Source: Lama glama (taxonomy: Eukaryota). From it: DNA of 64,000 nt. A program made the translations under genes and the position numbers. This document shows, piece by piece, positions 36,601 through 48,600 of this stretch (position 1 is its first letter; every line of letters starts with the position of its first letter). The notes beneath the pieces were generated by a model that was not told the DNA's origin, made no database searches, and saw nothing but the letters and a program-made list of their open reading frames with translations. The stretch covers positions 7,626,001 to 7,690,000 of the forward strand of contig CM052816.1 of NCBI GenBank assembly GCA_028534125.1, read 5' to 3'.

Positions 36601-39600
36601 TCTCCTGTAAAGAGGAGTTGTTCCTTCTCCCCCATTTATTTATTTATTCATCTATTTCTTTCTATTAATACGGACTCAAGGATATTTATTTTGTTCTTTG
36701 GTTTATAATCCAACATAATCGCAATTTATTTTCTCGTTCACGTTTTTCCAGCTTTGGTGATAAGAAGCTTTTTCAAGTTGTCCCCTTTGCCCATGTGACA
36801 CGCCCATCTCCTTCTTAATATTATTCTGATGACCAAGCACTTCCTTACTTTCTGGCCCTGTAAGGTGTTTCCTACTCACTGTATTTTCCCTGCCCCAGCC
36901 CTGAAATTGACCACTTCTCCAAGGAGCCCTGTTTCTTTTAGTTGGAGAATGGCATTTAGAAACCAAGATCTGTGCTCACTGCCATTGCAGTGACATTGCT
37001 TTGGGTCCTCTGAGAGGTCAGAGCCAGGAAATCCATGTACTCATCACCCATGCACACACATCTTTATTTGTGTATCTTTTTAAAAAAAACATTAAAGAGC
37101 AAACATTTTGTAAAATGTTAAAAAAAAAAAAACATGTAACACTGGCCTCCTTGGCCAGAGGATTTTTGGCTGATGGGAGTGGAAAGGGAGGGCAGCTGGC
37201 AGTGCTTAGAGCTAGAGCCTGGGCAGGGAAAGAAGTGGCCATCGGGAGGAGGGGGAGGGGGAGGGAAGAGCCTAGGAGGCCCTGCCATCAGGGGTGGGGA
37301 ATAGTGATCTCCATGTCTTCTGGAGGCACTCAGTCATGGCTGGGATGTGTAGCAGTGTCCTGATGGGTGGGAGGGTACAGAGGCAGGAGACAGAGGGCTG
37401 GGTCTCAGGGCTGGGCAGCCTTAAAGAAGCACTGAATGGGTGAGAGAATTGTTACTTGAGGCTTTGCTGAAGGCACCTCTGTGCTTCTCCTCAGGCTAGT
37501 GTGACAGCAGGTAAAATCTCAGAGGTGGGGGCCTTGGGTGCAGCTGAGAAGAAGGTGAGGATGCTGGAGCAGCAGCGCACTGAGGTAGGTGGCTGGACGG
37601 GGTGGTGGTGGTCAGGAAACACCCTTCCTGCCTCCTGGGACCAGCGGGGCAAAGGCCTTCCTTGGCCTCCTGGCTCCAGCTAGTTCCAGGTCACTGTGAC
37701 CGGTTGCCATGGTGACCGCTGAGCCATCTGCCCACAGCTGAGACATGCTGCCTTGCCCTGGGCTCTTGTGTCTTGATCAGTCCCCCTGCCTACAGGAGTC
37801 ACTCTGAGGAGGAGGCATTTGGGACATGGTCTAAAATTGTTGAGGGGGTAATTTAGGAAGGCTCCTGTGGTAAACCCTGGATGGTGGAAAGAGGTTGTGA
37901 TAAGAGGCAAGTTTCTGCATCAGGAAAGGGGAGTCTGGAGTTCATCTGTCACCACACAGCTGGTTCAGGGAGAGACTGTCACAGACAGAGAGAGCCCATG
38001 CCTACTTGTAGCACTGCTTCTAATCAGCTGGGAGTCTGCAGAAGTTGGGGCTCTTCCCTTGTATCTCCTGCCTGTTCCTCCTCTGTCTCCCAGCGCTGGT
38101 ATTTCTGGACCAGGGTGGAGGCCTGGTCGTCTCTGTTCTCTGAGCCCCTCCTCTCCACACGGCTCAGGTGCTTGTCCAGTCCCTGGGCCTTTCTGCCCTC
38201 CCTGGTCCTCCAGCACATTTGAGAGTCAGTTTCTATTGATCTTTTGTTTATGTGCATATTTATTTTTATTTTATTTTTGTATTGCTGTTAAGATATTTTT
38301 TTCGATTACTTAAGTAATACAATGCTCATTATATAAAGATCGAGAGTCTCACTGGCTGGGGATGACCACAGCTGAAAAAGTTAATTGCATATGCCTCAAT
38401 TTTTGCTATGTACTTACTAGTGTATAATGTTTGTAAAAATGACATCACACCTACTGCATTACAGATTGCTTTTCCTTTCTTTTCTTAGAATTAACTCTGT
38501 CTTTGAGGATATTTATGTATCAAACATACTCTCTGTTCCTTTCATTCTGAATACTTTTTATCATATATTAACGTTTCTGAAATTGGAATACCCTTTCCCA
38601 TTGTTTCATCTATTTAATGTGTTAGGTTCTTTCTTCTTCCCTGAAGGATTGCTGTTATATCAAGATTATGGCAAATAATTAGTGTCATCCTAGAGCAGAG
38701 GCAATGTATTAGACACTTGACTTTCTGAAGAGCTCCCCAGTCCTCCCTTCTCTGTTTATTCTATAATTTCCTTAACTTATTTCCAATGCTCACGTTGGCC
38801 CCTAGGTTTTCTTGTTTTTTGCAATATAAACATTGCTGAGATGATCAGCAGTGCCCGTATTTCTTACACAGCTGTTCAAGTGCTTCTCTTGGTTACGTTT
38901 TTCAGAGTGGAATTATTTGGCTAAAGAGAAGCAGAACTTGATGTTTTAATACATGGTCCCATATTGCCCTGTACATGGGTGTGTGTTCCATAATTCTAAA
39001 CCAAAACTGTGTACTGCTTCTGTGCCTTGGTGCTAGTCTTCCTTTCCTGGCAGTGGTAAAATGTGGTGGTTGATAAAAGTGACTCCCTTTGAGGAAGGTG
39101 TTTGAGAAGCGCAGGATGGAGGCAGTGTGCGTAGCCGCCGTCCACACACGCTCCATGCACCTGGGAAGCTGGTGTGGGTGGAGTTGGCTCTCTTTGGTCC
39201 TTCTCTGCTCACCTCCTGCCCACCCCAATGTCTTCCCCGCAGCTGCTGGAAGTGAACAAGCAGTGGGACCAGCATTTCCGGTCCATGAAGCAGCAGTACG
39301 AGCAGAAGGTAGCGTGGGGGTGACGGGAACTCAAGGCTGGACCCCTGCTTCTCAGCTGGGCTCTTGGGGCCTCCCCAGCGTTCTGCACGCTGCTTCCCTC
39401 ACAGCAGCCATTGAACCTTGGACATTCACCCTGGCCCTCACACGCTCTGTCTCTCTGCCTCTGAACCCAGATCACCGAGCTGCGCCAGAAGCTGGCGGAC
39501 CTGCAGAAGCAGGTGACTGACCTGGAGGCTGAGCGGGAGCAGAAGCAGCGTGACTTTGACCGCAAGCTCCTCCTGGCCAAGTCCAAGATTGAAATGGAGG

Positions 39601-42600
39601 AGGCAAGTGTGACTGCTGGCTCTGCAGGTTCAGCTCCGGGGGCCTGCTCTCCCCTCCCGTCATCCTGGAGCTCAGTGGAGTCGACATGCAGGGATGGGAG
39701 GCAGGGACCGGGCTTCCGGCTCTGGCTCTCGTGCTCAAGGGCTGTGTGGCCCAAGGCAAAAGCACATCCCTTCCCGGTGCCTCAGTTTCCCATCTGAAAA
39801 CTGAGGGGCTTCAATTAGCTATTCTTTTCTTTTTTTTTTTTCTTGTTTTCATACAGAAGAGCTTTTTGTTCGATTACAATCTTTAGGGAACTCTAGAGGG
39901 AAGCACGAATGTAAAAGGGATTCAGCAGACTCTGTTACACTTGATGGGGTGGGTGCTCTGGGTGTTTCCCGTGGGGTCTGCTGTTTGTGGGGGAGGGGCT
40001 CCAGCACTAGACAAGCTCCCTTTCGTCATTCTCCTAGTCACTGTTCAGCAGATCATGCACCGGCGCTGTGCTGGGCACAGAGACTCAGCGGTGACAGTTC
40101 AGTCCTTCTCTTGGGGGAAGAGATGTGGAATGTTTAATTACAGAAGCGGATGAATAGAAGTGTGTTAACTATGGCACAGGAGAAATTACAGGGATCAGGG
40201 AGAGGGCATAAAGGGGGACTGGATTCATTCTTGGGGGGTGCCCAGGGGCAGGTCCCCTGAAGAAGTAGCATCTGATCTGTCTTATGAGTAACTGACACCA
40301 ACCAAGGCCCTTCAGGAAAAGCCATTTGGCCTCCAGACTCTGGAGATTTTATTTATGCCACGATGTCTTCTCCTTCATGAGAACTGGGCATCGGCCGGGC
40401 TTTTCCCTGACTTAGAAATGGCCGTTTCCAACATAGGCCGCATTTCAGAGTTCCCTCCCGTCAGCATGTGACACCCAGGGGCCTTATCGCCCAGCCTGCC
40501 TTGATGACCGCCCCGTGCCTTGGAGAAGCATGTTTGGGAGGACACTGCCTGTCTTTTCTCACAAGTACACAGTCACACCTTGGCCTGTCAGCCGGGCCCG
40601 GGCTCACACCGGATGTGAGACAAGTCCCTGGCACCAGTACTTCCCTGTCAGCTGGGGGAAAGGTGGGATGTTTCACGACGAAGTGTGGCCCTGTGGATAA
40701 GGATGCATGGTGACAGAGGCCACATTGACCCGAGAGCCTCTTAACTGGGGAGTCAGCAACGACTCCCACAAGATGGGACCAAGTCTGCCCTGAGTGATCT
40801 CTGGCTGGAAGCACCTCACCAGCTAGCTTGCAGAATATCACGCAGGGCTGGGATGAAAACAAACCCCTGTGGCCACCTCCTAGTCCACATGCTGTGAATA
40901 CATAGGTGTGAAATGTCCACATGACACAGATACAGTGAGAGGTTCCCTGGACCATCTCCCCTCATCACCTCCATCCCCCAGTTCCAGGCCCTCCCCAGTG
41001 GTAACCACTGTACCATTTCGGTGTGTCTTTCTCGGCCTCTTATCTCTTGTACACACAAAAGTAGACGGTTTAATGTGGGGGTGCAGCGTGCTGCCCTCTT
41101 CTATTTTAAACAATTCCTTTGGCTTGCAAGGGGGGAGAGAGCCCCGGAATTAGGAGACCTGGGTTCTTGCCTAGCCCCAGCTACTGTGTAGCTTGAGTAA
41201 GTCACTGCCCCTCTCATTTCCTGTTGTAGAAAAGGGCTAGGACTTGATGCCCTCTAAGGGCCATTCCAGCTGTGGCTCTTTGCAGTGAAGCACTTTGATT
41301 GTTCCATAGTAGGTATGGAGCCAACGCTTCCACCTTGAAGCCTGCCCTGGTTTCTTTTCAGCTTAGTGTTCTCTCTGTAACCTCACGGTACTTTGCTTCT
41401 CTGTGCAGGAACCCTTTTTGCCTTATGCTGTGTTTATTTCTTTGAGGGCCTTTTCTCCTCTGGGCTCAGAGACCGTAAGAGCTGAAAGGACCTTTGGAGA
41501 CCTTCAGTTTATCACTTTCTGTGCATCATAGAAGACCCCTGTGTTAATCTGGTGGAAAGTATGGCTTTTTTCTCTAGAAAGTTGCACAAAATTTTGCTCT
41601 TAGTTTGGGAGCTCACGGACCTCCCGAAGCCCATCCATGACTCATGTTATGAGCCCCTTGTCCATGGCAGATAGGTGAGCTTAGGCGAGAAAGGGCTGTG
41701 ACAGTGCCTGAGGGCTCAACTCGCTGTGAGAGGAGCCAGTGGCGGAACCCAGGGCCTTTCACTCAGCTGAGCAGCCTCTTCCTTGAAGACAGAACTGTGC
41801 GGACATTACCGCTCTCACCAGAGCCTTGTGCATGAAATCTTGGGGACTGCGGGGTGAGAGCGAGGAGAGGCATGGCTGCGTGTGGGGTGGGGCAGGCAGT
41901 CAGGAGCCCAGGCCCGCTGCTTACCAGCCCTGTGTTCCCTGCAGACCGACAAGGAGCAGCTGACAGCAGAGGCCAAGGAGCTGCGCCAGAAGGTCAAGTA
42001 CCTGCAGGATCAGCTGAGCCCGCTCACCCGGCAGCGGGAGTACCAGGAGAAGGAGATCCAGCGGCTCAACAGGGTGGGCATCTCGGCCCTGCTCCGTGAG
42101 GAGGCCAGGCTTCCCCAAGCCCTGCTGCAATGCCCGCCCTATGGCAGTGTCCCCGGACCCTCAGCTCAGGAGGGCTGATTCCTGGGTCAGGGCGCGGGCG
42201 CTGAGAGCCTCGTTGCAGCCCCGTGGTCCTCACCATCTGTCTTCCCACTCCCGCATGCTGAGCCGGTGCTCGCTCCCCTGCAGGCCTTGGATGTGCTATT
42301 CGCCCCCAACGTGCCGCCTGCTCATTGTTCAGGTTTCACTTTAGTGCTGCTTCCCCTGTGAGGCCTCCCTCCCCACTGAGTCTCCTTTGGGTCCCCCTGC
42401 CTCCCTGTTCCATGTGCCTAAAGCACCAGCAGCTCCTTTCACACCCCTTCCAGCACTTCCTTGTGATGGTATCTTGATGGTCTGTCTGCCCGTCCAGCAC
42501 TGGGAGGTGTGCGTCTTCACCAGGGCACCACCCCGGCATGTGCTCAGGAAAAGCTTGCTGAAGGGGATGGATGAGCACAGGCTGGGGTTCCTGCCCTTGA

Positions 42601-45600
42601 GAAGGGGGACCCAGGAAGACAGGGCCTGGGTGGGTGTGGGGGGGCCCCGGTAAAGCAGAAACCCTCTGCTCTGAGCCAAGGCAAAGGGCGGAAAGGCCGG
42701 GCCAGGCTGGGGCTGGTTCTGGTCCCAGCTTATAGCCCCTCAAACCTCTCTGGGCCTCAGTTTTGCCATCTGAACCCTAGTTGGGATCAGGCTAGTCCTG
42801 CCCACCTTCCATTGCAGGGGTTAAAGAAGCGAGCTGACAGGAGGGGCTTTAAAAGGAAACATTCTCCAAAGGCTCAGCTTTTCCTCCTTTGAGTCAATGT
42901 TCAGCTTTTCCTCCCTTCCTGTGTGTCTTACCTTTCCCCTCTGCCTCCTCATTTGCATTCACTGGTCCCTAGCCCTGCTGGTGTAACCCTCTCTGTTTGG
43001 TCTTGGTGTTTGATAAGCATTGGTGATGCTAAGTCTGGGGCCTTGGGACCTGTTTTCAAGAGAAAAGAGTGACCTGACCCAGGCTGGGGGATTTAGGGGT
43101 GTAAATCCAGGCAGAGTATTGTACGTGGTGCTGGTTGTAGAGATGCCCCAGGCAGGTTTGCTGCCCTCCAGGTTTCTGTGGCTTATCTGGGGCAGACGCC
43201 GGTGGGGATGATTAATGCAAGGCTCCCCCTGTCCTTGGACCTCAGTCTTCTCATCTAAAAAACAGGGAAGATGGAGGAGGAGGAGGATAACATGGAGTCA
43301 TCGCCTCCCCTCACAGCATCCTGAATTTACTCTTGGCTCAGCAGTTTCCTCGTGTTTCTGGGGACGTTGAGGGACCAAGTGGGGCCCAAGTCCAAGTTGG
43401 GGAGGATTTCCTTTATCTCCCCCACGGTCCAGGGAGGCACTGTGAGCAACGCTGACGCGTGGCCAGCAGAGCCCCCTGTCCAGGGAGTAAAGTCCAGGTG
43501 ATGATGAGGGTGGCTGGTCTGTGGAGGTGTTCCAGAGTTCTCAAGCACCATGTTAACAGGGTTGAAGGAGAAACCCAGTTAATGGAAAACTTTTAAGAGG
43601 ACGTGAGCACACTGTTTACGTAAGGAAAAGTATTTTGTGAACATGGTAACATAGGGGTGCTTTTTAAATTTTCAAAATGTTATTTAGTGATGTTTCAGGC
43701 CATTTTCAGGGTTGGAAAGGTAAAATATTAAGTCAAAATTAAAATCCATTCTAATCTAACCACAGAAGAGGTAGAGATGGAGGGGTTGGCTTGATGGGAA
43801 TGGGTTGCAGAAGCTGAAGAATCTCAGGGCAGGCAGTTGTCAAGGAGACTGAAGCTTCTGCCCCCAAAGGACTTAGTGTTCTTTCTAGGTCTGGATGCTG
43901 AGAATTGAGGCACACCTTTTCAGAGAGGGGGACACTCTCCTTTCCACATGAAGACCCCAGTTCAGGCTGCTGGTTAAGAGCACATGCTGGCTTTGAATCC
44001 ATGCTTTGCCACTTACTGCTATATGACTTTGAACAAATCACTTGAAGTCTCTGAACCTCACTTATCACATCCATAAAATGGGGACGATGGTCACAATCTT
44101 TTCTTTAGAGGACTATGGATGGAGAGAATTCAATGTAATGAGGTGTGTGTACAAACAAGGTAGCACTTATTAAATAGTGGTGGTTATTGTTGTTATGAGG
44201 AAGGGGGCCCAGAGGATGACCCTGCCAATGGGGCCTGACTTCTGGGGGCTTCTGGTGATGAGTCCATCTCCTCTCTTCCTGATCCCAGGCCCTGGAGGAA
44301 GCACTGAGCATCCAGGCTTCCCCAGCATCTCCACCAACAGCATTTGGGAGCCCGGAAGGAGCTGGAGGCCTGCTGAGGAAGCAGGAGCTGGTCACACAGA
44401 ACGAATTGCTGAAACAGCAGGTGAGGCTTGGGGAAGAGGGCAGACAGGAGGTGTTGCTCAGTGGAGCTGGAGCATTCCTGAGGGCCCAGGATGGGCCTTG
44501 AATCACGTGGAAGCTGTAATCTGTAGTCCACTTTCTGGCCATCGGCCAGGACCCCTGTCTGGTTATAGGTTTACCCTTCTCATCATTTAGATCATTTCCC
44601 TACCACCTTCATGATTTAACCATCTCTGTGTTCCAGCTGTGCTGTTATTTACCTAGTATTTTAAAAACAATTTTTAAAATAAATTTAATAAATACATTTG
44701 AAAGGGAACTTCAGATTTCTTCTATAAATGGAAAAACCTGTTTATTATCTGTCATAAATAGTAACTCGGGGGAGGGTAATAGCACAGTGGTAGAGTAGAG
44801 CTCATGCTTGGCAAGCTCAAGGTCCTGGGTTCAATCCCCGGTACCTCCATTAAAAAAAAAAGTAACTACAAGCAGTAAATGCAGTAAAGACAGAATAGTG
44901 CTATTAAACTCTAACTGGATACTCTTGCCTGATGAAAACTCTGAACTTGAGTCTTCTTTCCCTTCATTTAAGGGAAATTAACAAGTACTAGAAAGCTGTC
45001 AAAGACATAGCAGCATAAAATGGAGACTTTGTCCTTGAGGGACACAGAGGATTGAAAGGAAATGGAAGAGGTCTTGGCTCCCTCATGTGTTTCTGTGCTA
45101 TTTGGTGCCATGCTTTGGGTCCTTTTAAATCATCTCGAACCTGGTTAGCATCTCCCTGATCTGCAGTAAGAAGTGAAACTGCAGAAGCGGAGACGGGGCC
45201 CCGCGCCAGGGCACCCCTCAAGCCTTGCGACAGGTGTGTGGGTCCCCTGCTCTCGGAGCCAGGATACCAGTCCTCCGCTCATACCTGTTTCTGTGGCCTC
45301 CACCTCACTGTGGGCCTCAGCAGAGTGGGAGGATTGGACTGGTTGATGGCTATCAACCTTTTTTTTTTTTTTAAGCCATGGATCCTTTTTTCCAATAGAG
45401 CCCTGTGTTGAAGCCCAGAACATAAAACAGAGGCACCCAGAACTACTGTCTAAAGTTGAGAGTGGGGGGCTGGAGGTGCACCTGTTCCCCTCCCCACAGG
45501 GATTTTTGAGATGGGGTGAAGCCAGCTCTCATGTCTGACTCCCATCAGGAGGCTTGGGGCTCCGGGCCTTCACCCAGAGCTGCTCCTCCTCCCCACCCCT

Positions 45601-48600
45601 CCTCCCCGCCCCTTCAGGTGAAGATCTTTGAGGAGGACTTCCAGAGGGAGCGCAGCGACCGGGAGCGCATGAACGAGGAGAAGGAAGAGCTGAAGAAGCA
45701 GGTGGAGAAGTTGCAGGCCCAGGTCACCCTGTCGAACGCCCAGGTGAGAGCAGCTGGACCACAGAAGGGGCAGCTGGCTGTCCTCGTGGGGCGGGGGCCC
45801 TGGGTTGGAAGGTCCCTGGTGAGACTGGATGTCAGGACACTCACTCATTCTCCTTCCAGCTCTGCTGCCACATTTCTCTGTCCCTCAGAGAGGCTCTTCC
45901 TTTCTCTGACCTCTAGCTCTGATTTTCCATCATCAGTTTTGATGCCTTAAAAGGGCAAATTTAGAAATTAACTCCGAGCCACCCACTCTCCCCCAGATTG
46001 GAACCAAAAGGTATTAATATGGAAGCCCTCCTGACCTGTGTTCAGACTACGTACAAGGAGCAGGCCTTACCTGCGGGCTGCACTCCGCACCCCCCCGGGC
46101 CCTTTCCCGGGGCTGGGCCAGGCAGGACAGCCCAGAGTGGAGGCCTCGTGCATTGGCCGGTCAACCCTGGGGCTGGTTAGGCCTGGATCCAGGCCTGGCT
46201 AGGAAGTGCCTGTGCCAACAGTCTTCTCCCCTTCCCGCCTTCTCTCAGCTAAAAGCCTTCAAAGATGAAGAAAAGGCGAAAGAAGCCCTCAGACAGCAGA
46301 AGAGGAAAGCAAAGGTGAGGAGGCTTGAGGGAGGAAGCAGCATTTAGCTTGTCTTACCTTCTCCTGGAAGCTACAGTCTGATGGGAGAGGTGTTGTTTGC
46401 ACAGGTGTCCAGCTCACTAACGAGGTAATGCAGGCAGAGCTTTTAGAACAGTGCTTGGTATAGAGTAAGTGCTCGGGACGCATTAACTGTCATCATGGTT
46501 GATGCTCTGTGCCGTGTGCCAGCCTTCTATGCCCACGTGCCAGTCTTCAGAGAACTGAGATTCTAAGTAGAGGTGGGGAGGTCGGATGGGTGTCACTGGG
46601 GATGGCTTGTGCAGCCTGTCACAGCCCAGAACCAGATGTCAGTCTTTCTTGCAGACCTCAGCAGACCGCTACCACGTGGAGCCCCACCCGGAGCACCTCT
46701 GCGGGGCCTACCCCTACGCCTACCCGCCCATGCCCCCCATGATGCCGCACCACGGCTTTGAGGACTGGTCCCAGATCCGCTACCCTCCTCCCCCCACGGC
46801 TATGGAGCACCCGCCCCCACATCCCAACTCACGCCTCTTCCATCTGGTGAGTCTGTGCCCCTCCCTCCCTGCAGGACACGCACAGACCACCCGGACACAC
46901 TCCAGAGGGCAAGGGCAAGGGCAAGTGCCGGGTCAGAAAGCGCATCCTTGGCCCGGCCCATCTGAACAGCACTGTGGGGTGCGGCCTGCTGTGCAGGGGC
47001 AGGACTTCCAGCCCCGGGCTGCTCTGGGTCACTGGTGTGGGACAGAAGAGGCCGAGGAAGGGAGCGGGGCAGGAAGGAGGGCTCCCTCCAACCAGCCAGG
47101 CCCAGGGCACCAGAGCACGTGACCTCCACCTGTGACCAGGTGCCAGGCCCCCACCAGCCATTCTCTCCCTTTGCTTCTCCTTCTCTTTTCCCTTCTCAGT
47201 TTCCTTTCCTTTCCTCTTTTCTTCTTTTTTTTTTTTTGCTTTTTTCCCCCTTGCTTATCATTTCTGTCCCCAGCGAGCTGCTGTCACACATCCCATCCTC
47301 TCTGGTGCCTCTGCCACAGCCCCTTCAGGCTTTCCCACTCTTACCCGGACAACAACCACTGCCTCCAGTCCGGCCTCTCCCCCAGCTTCTCAACCACAGC
47401 CATTCCTTCCACGCATCTTCTTTAAACACTGGAGTATCGTGTGGAACTTAAGCGATCTGCTCTGGGGTTATGAAGACCTGGGCTCAAATCAGAGCTTGTC
47501 TACTTGCCTAGCTGGACAAACTTCTTCAAGTTACTCAACCCCTCTGAGCCTCAGCTTCCTTTCCTGTAAAGTGGGGGTGGCAACCTGGGTTGTTGTAAGG
47601 ACTCAGTGATACTTGATTAATGTGGACTTAGCACTCTTCCTGCACAGTGGCTGCTACCATACTTTTCCAGTATGGTTTTTGATTACTAAGCGCCGGTTTT
47701 GTTGCAGCCAGAATACACCTGGCGGCTGCCCTGTGGAGGGATACGGAATCAGAGCTCCCAAGTGATGGACTCGCCCGCAGCCAGGCCTGCAGAGCCAGGT
47801 GAGCCGGATCCCCTGGCCCTGGGTCTTGTCTTCCACCGGGGAAGACCATTCTTAGCTGCCAGGGTCGCCCCGGTTTGGGGACGCTGTTGCTACCTCCTGA
47901 TCTGGTTGGAAGATAGGCCCAGCTTTCTGAAGCAGTCTTCTCAGAAGGGGATGGTGACTGCAGGGCGAGGGGATTGAAACCATTCCTTCATTCATTATAG
48001 TTTACCGTCCACCTGCCAGGCACTGTGCTGGCCAGGACAGAGCAGAAGCAGATACGGTCCCCACCCTTATGACCTTACTGTCTACTGAGGAGCACAGAAA
48101 TGAACAGTAAAGGTCACACCAGTGGGCGTACAATTGCACTCAAGCACCCTGGGGGAGGAAGAGCAGATTTCTGTGAGAGCGGACAGCAGGGGAACCCGGC
48201 CCAGCCTGGAGGCACTGGCGTTTGTGTTGAGACCCTCGGAATGAGCAGCATTAATGAGTGAAGGAGAAGCAGAGGATGTTCTTGCAGAGAAAGGACAAAT
48301 GCAAAGGCTTCAGTGGGAGGGAGTGAGGAAGTGTGGCCGACTTGAGGCTGGAGAGAAGGTTGGTGTGGCTGGAGCCGGGAACAAGGTCGGGGAGGAGATA
48401 GGGGCAAGGCGAGGAGGTCAGGGAGGTCGGCGGGTCCCGGCCGTGAGGGCCTTGCAGGCCACGACAGAAGGCTGGTCGTTATCCTAAAGAGGATGTGCAG
48501 GCCTTGGGTATTTTAAAATCAGAGTGGCATGACAGGTTAAATTTGCATTTTAAAAAGCTCCCTTTGGTCATGGTATCCGCCATAAACAGTTGGGGACTGG

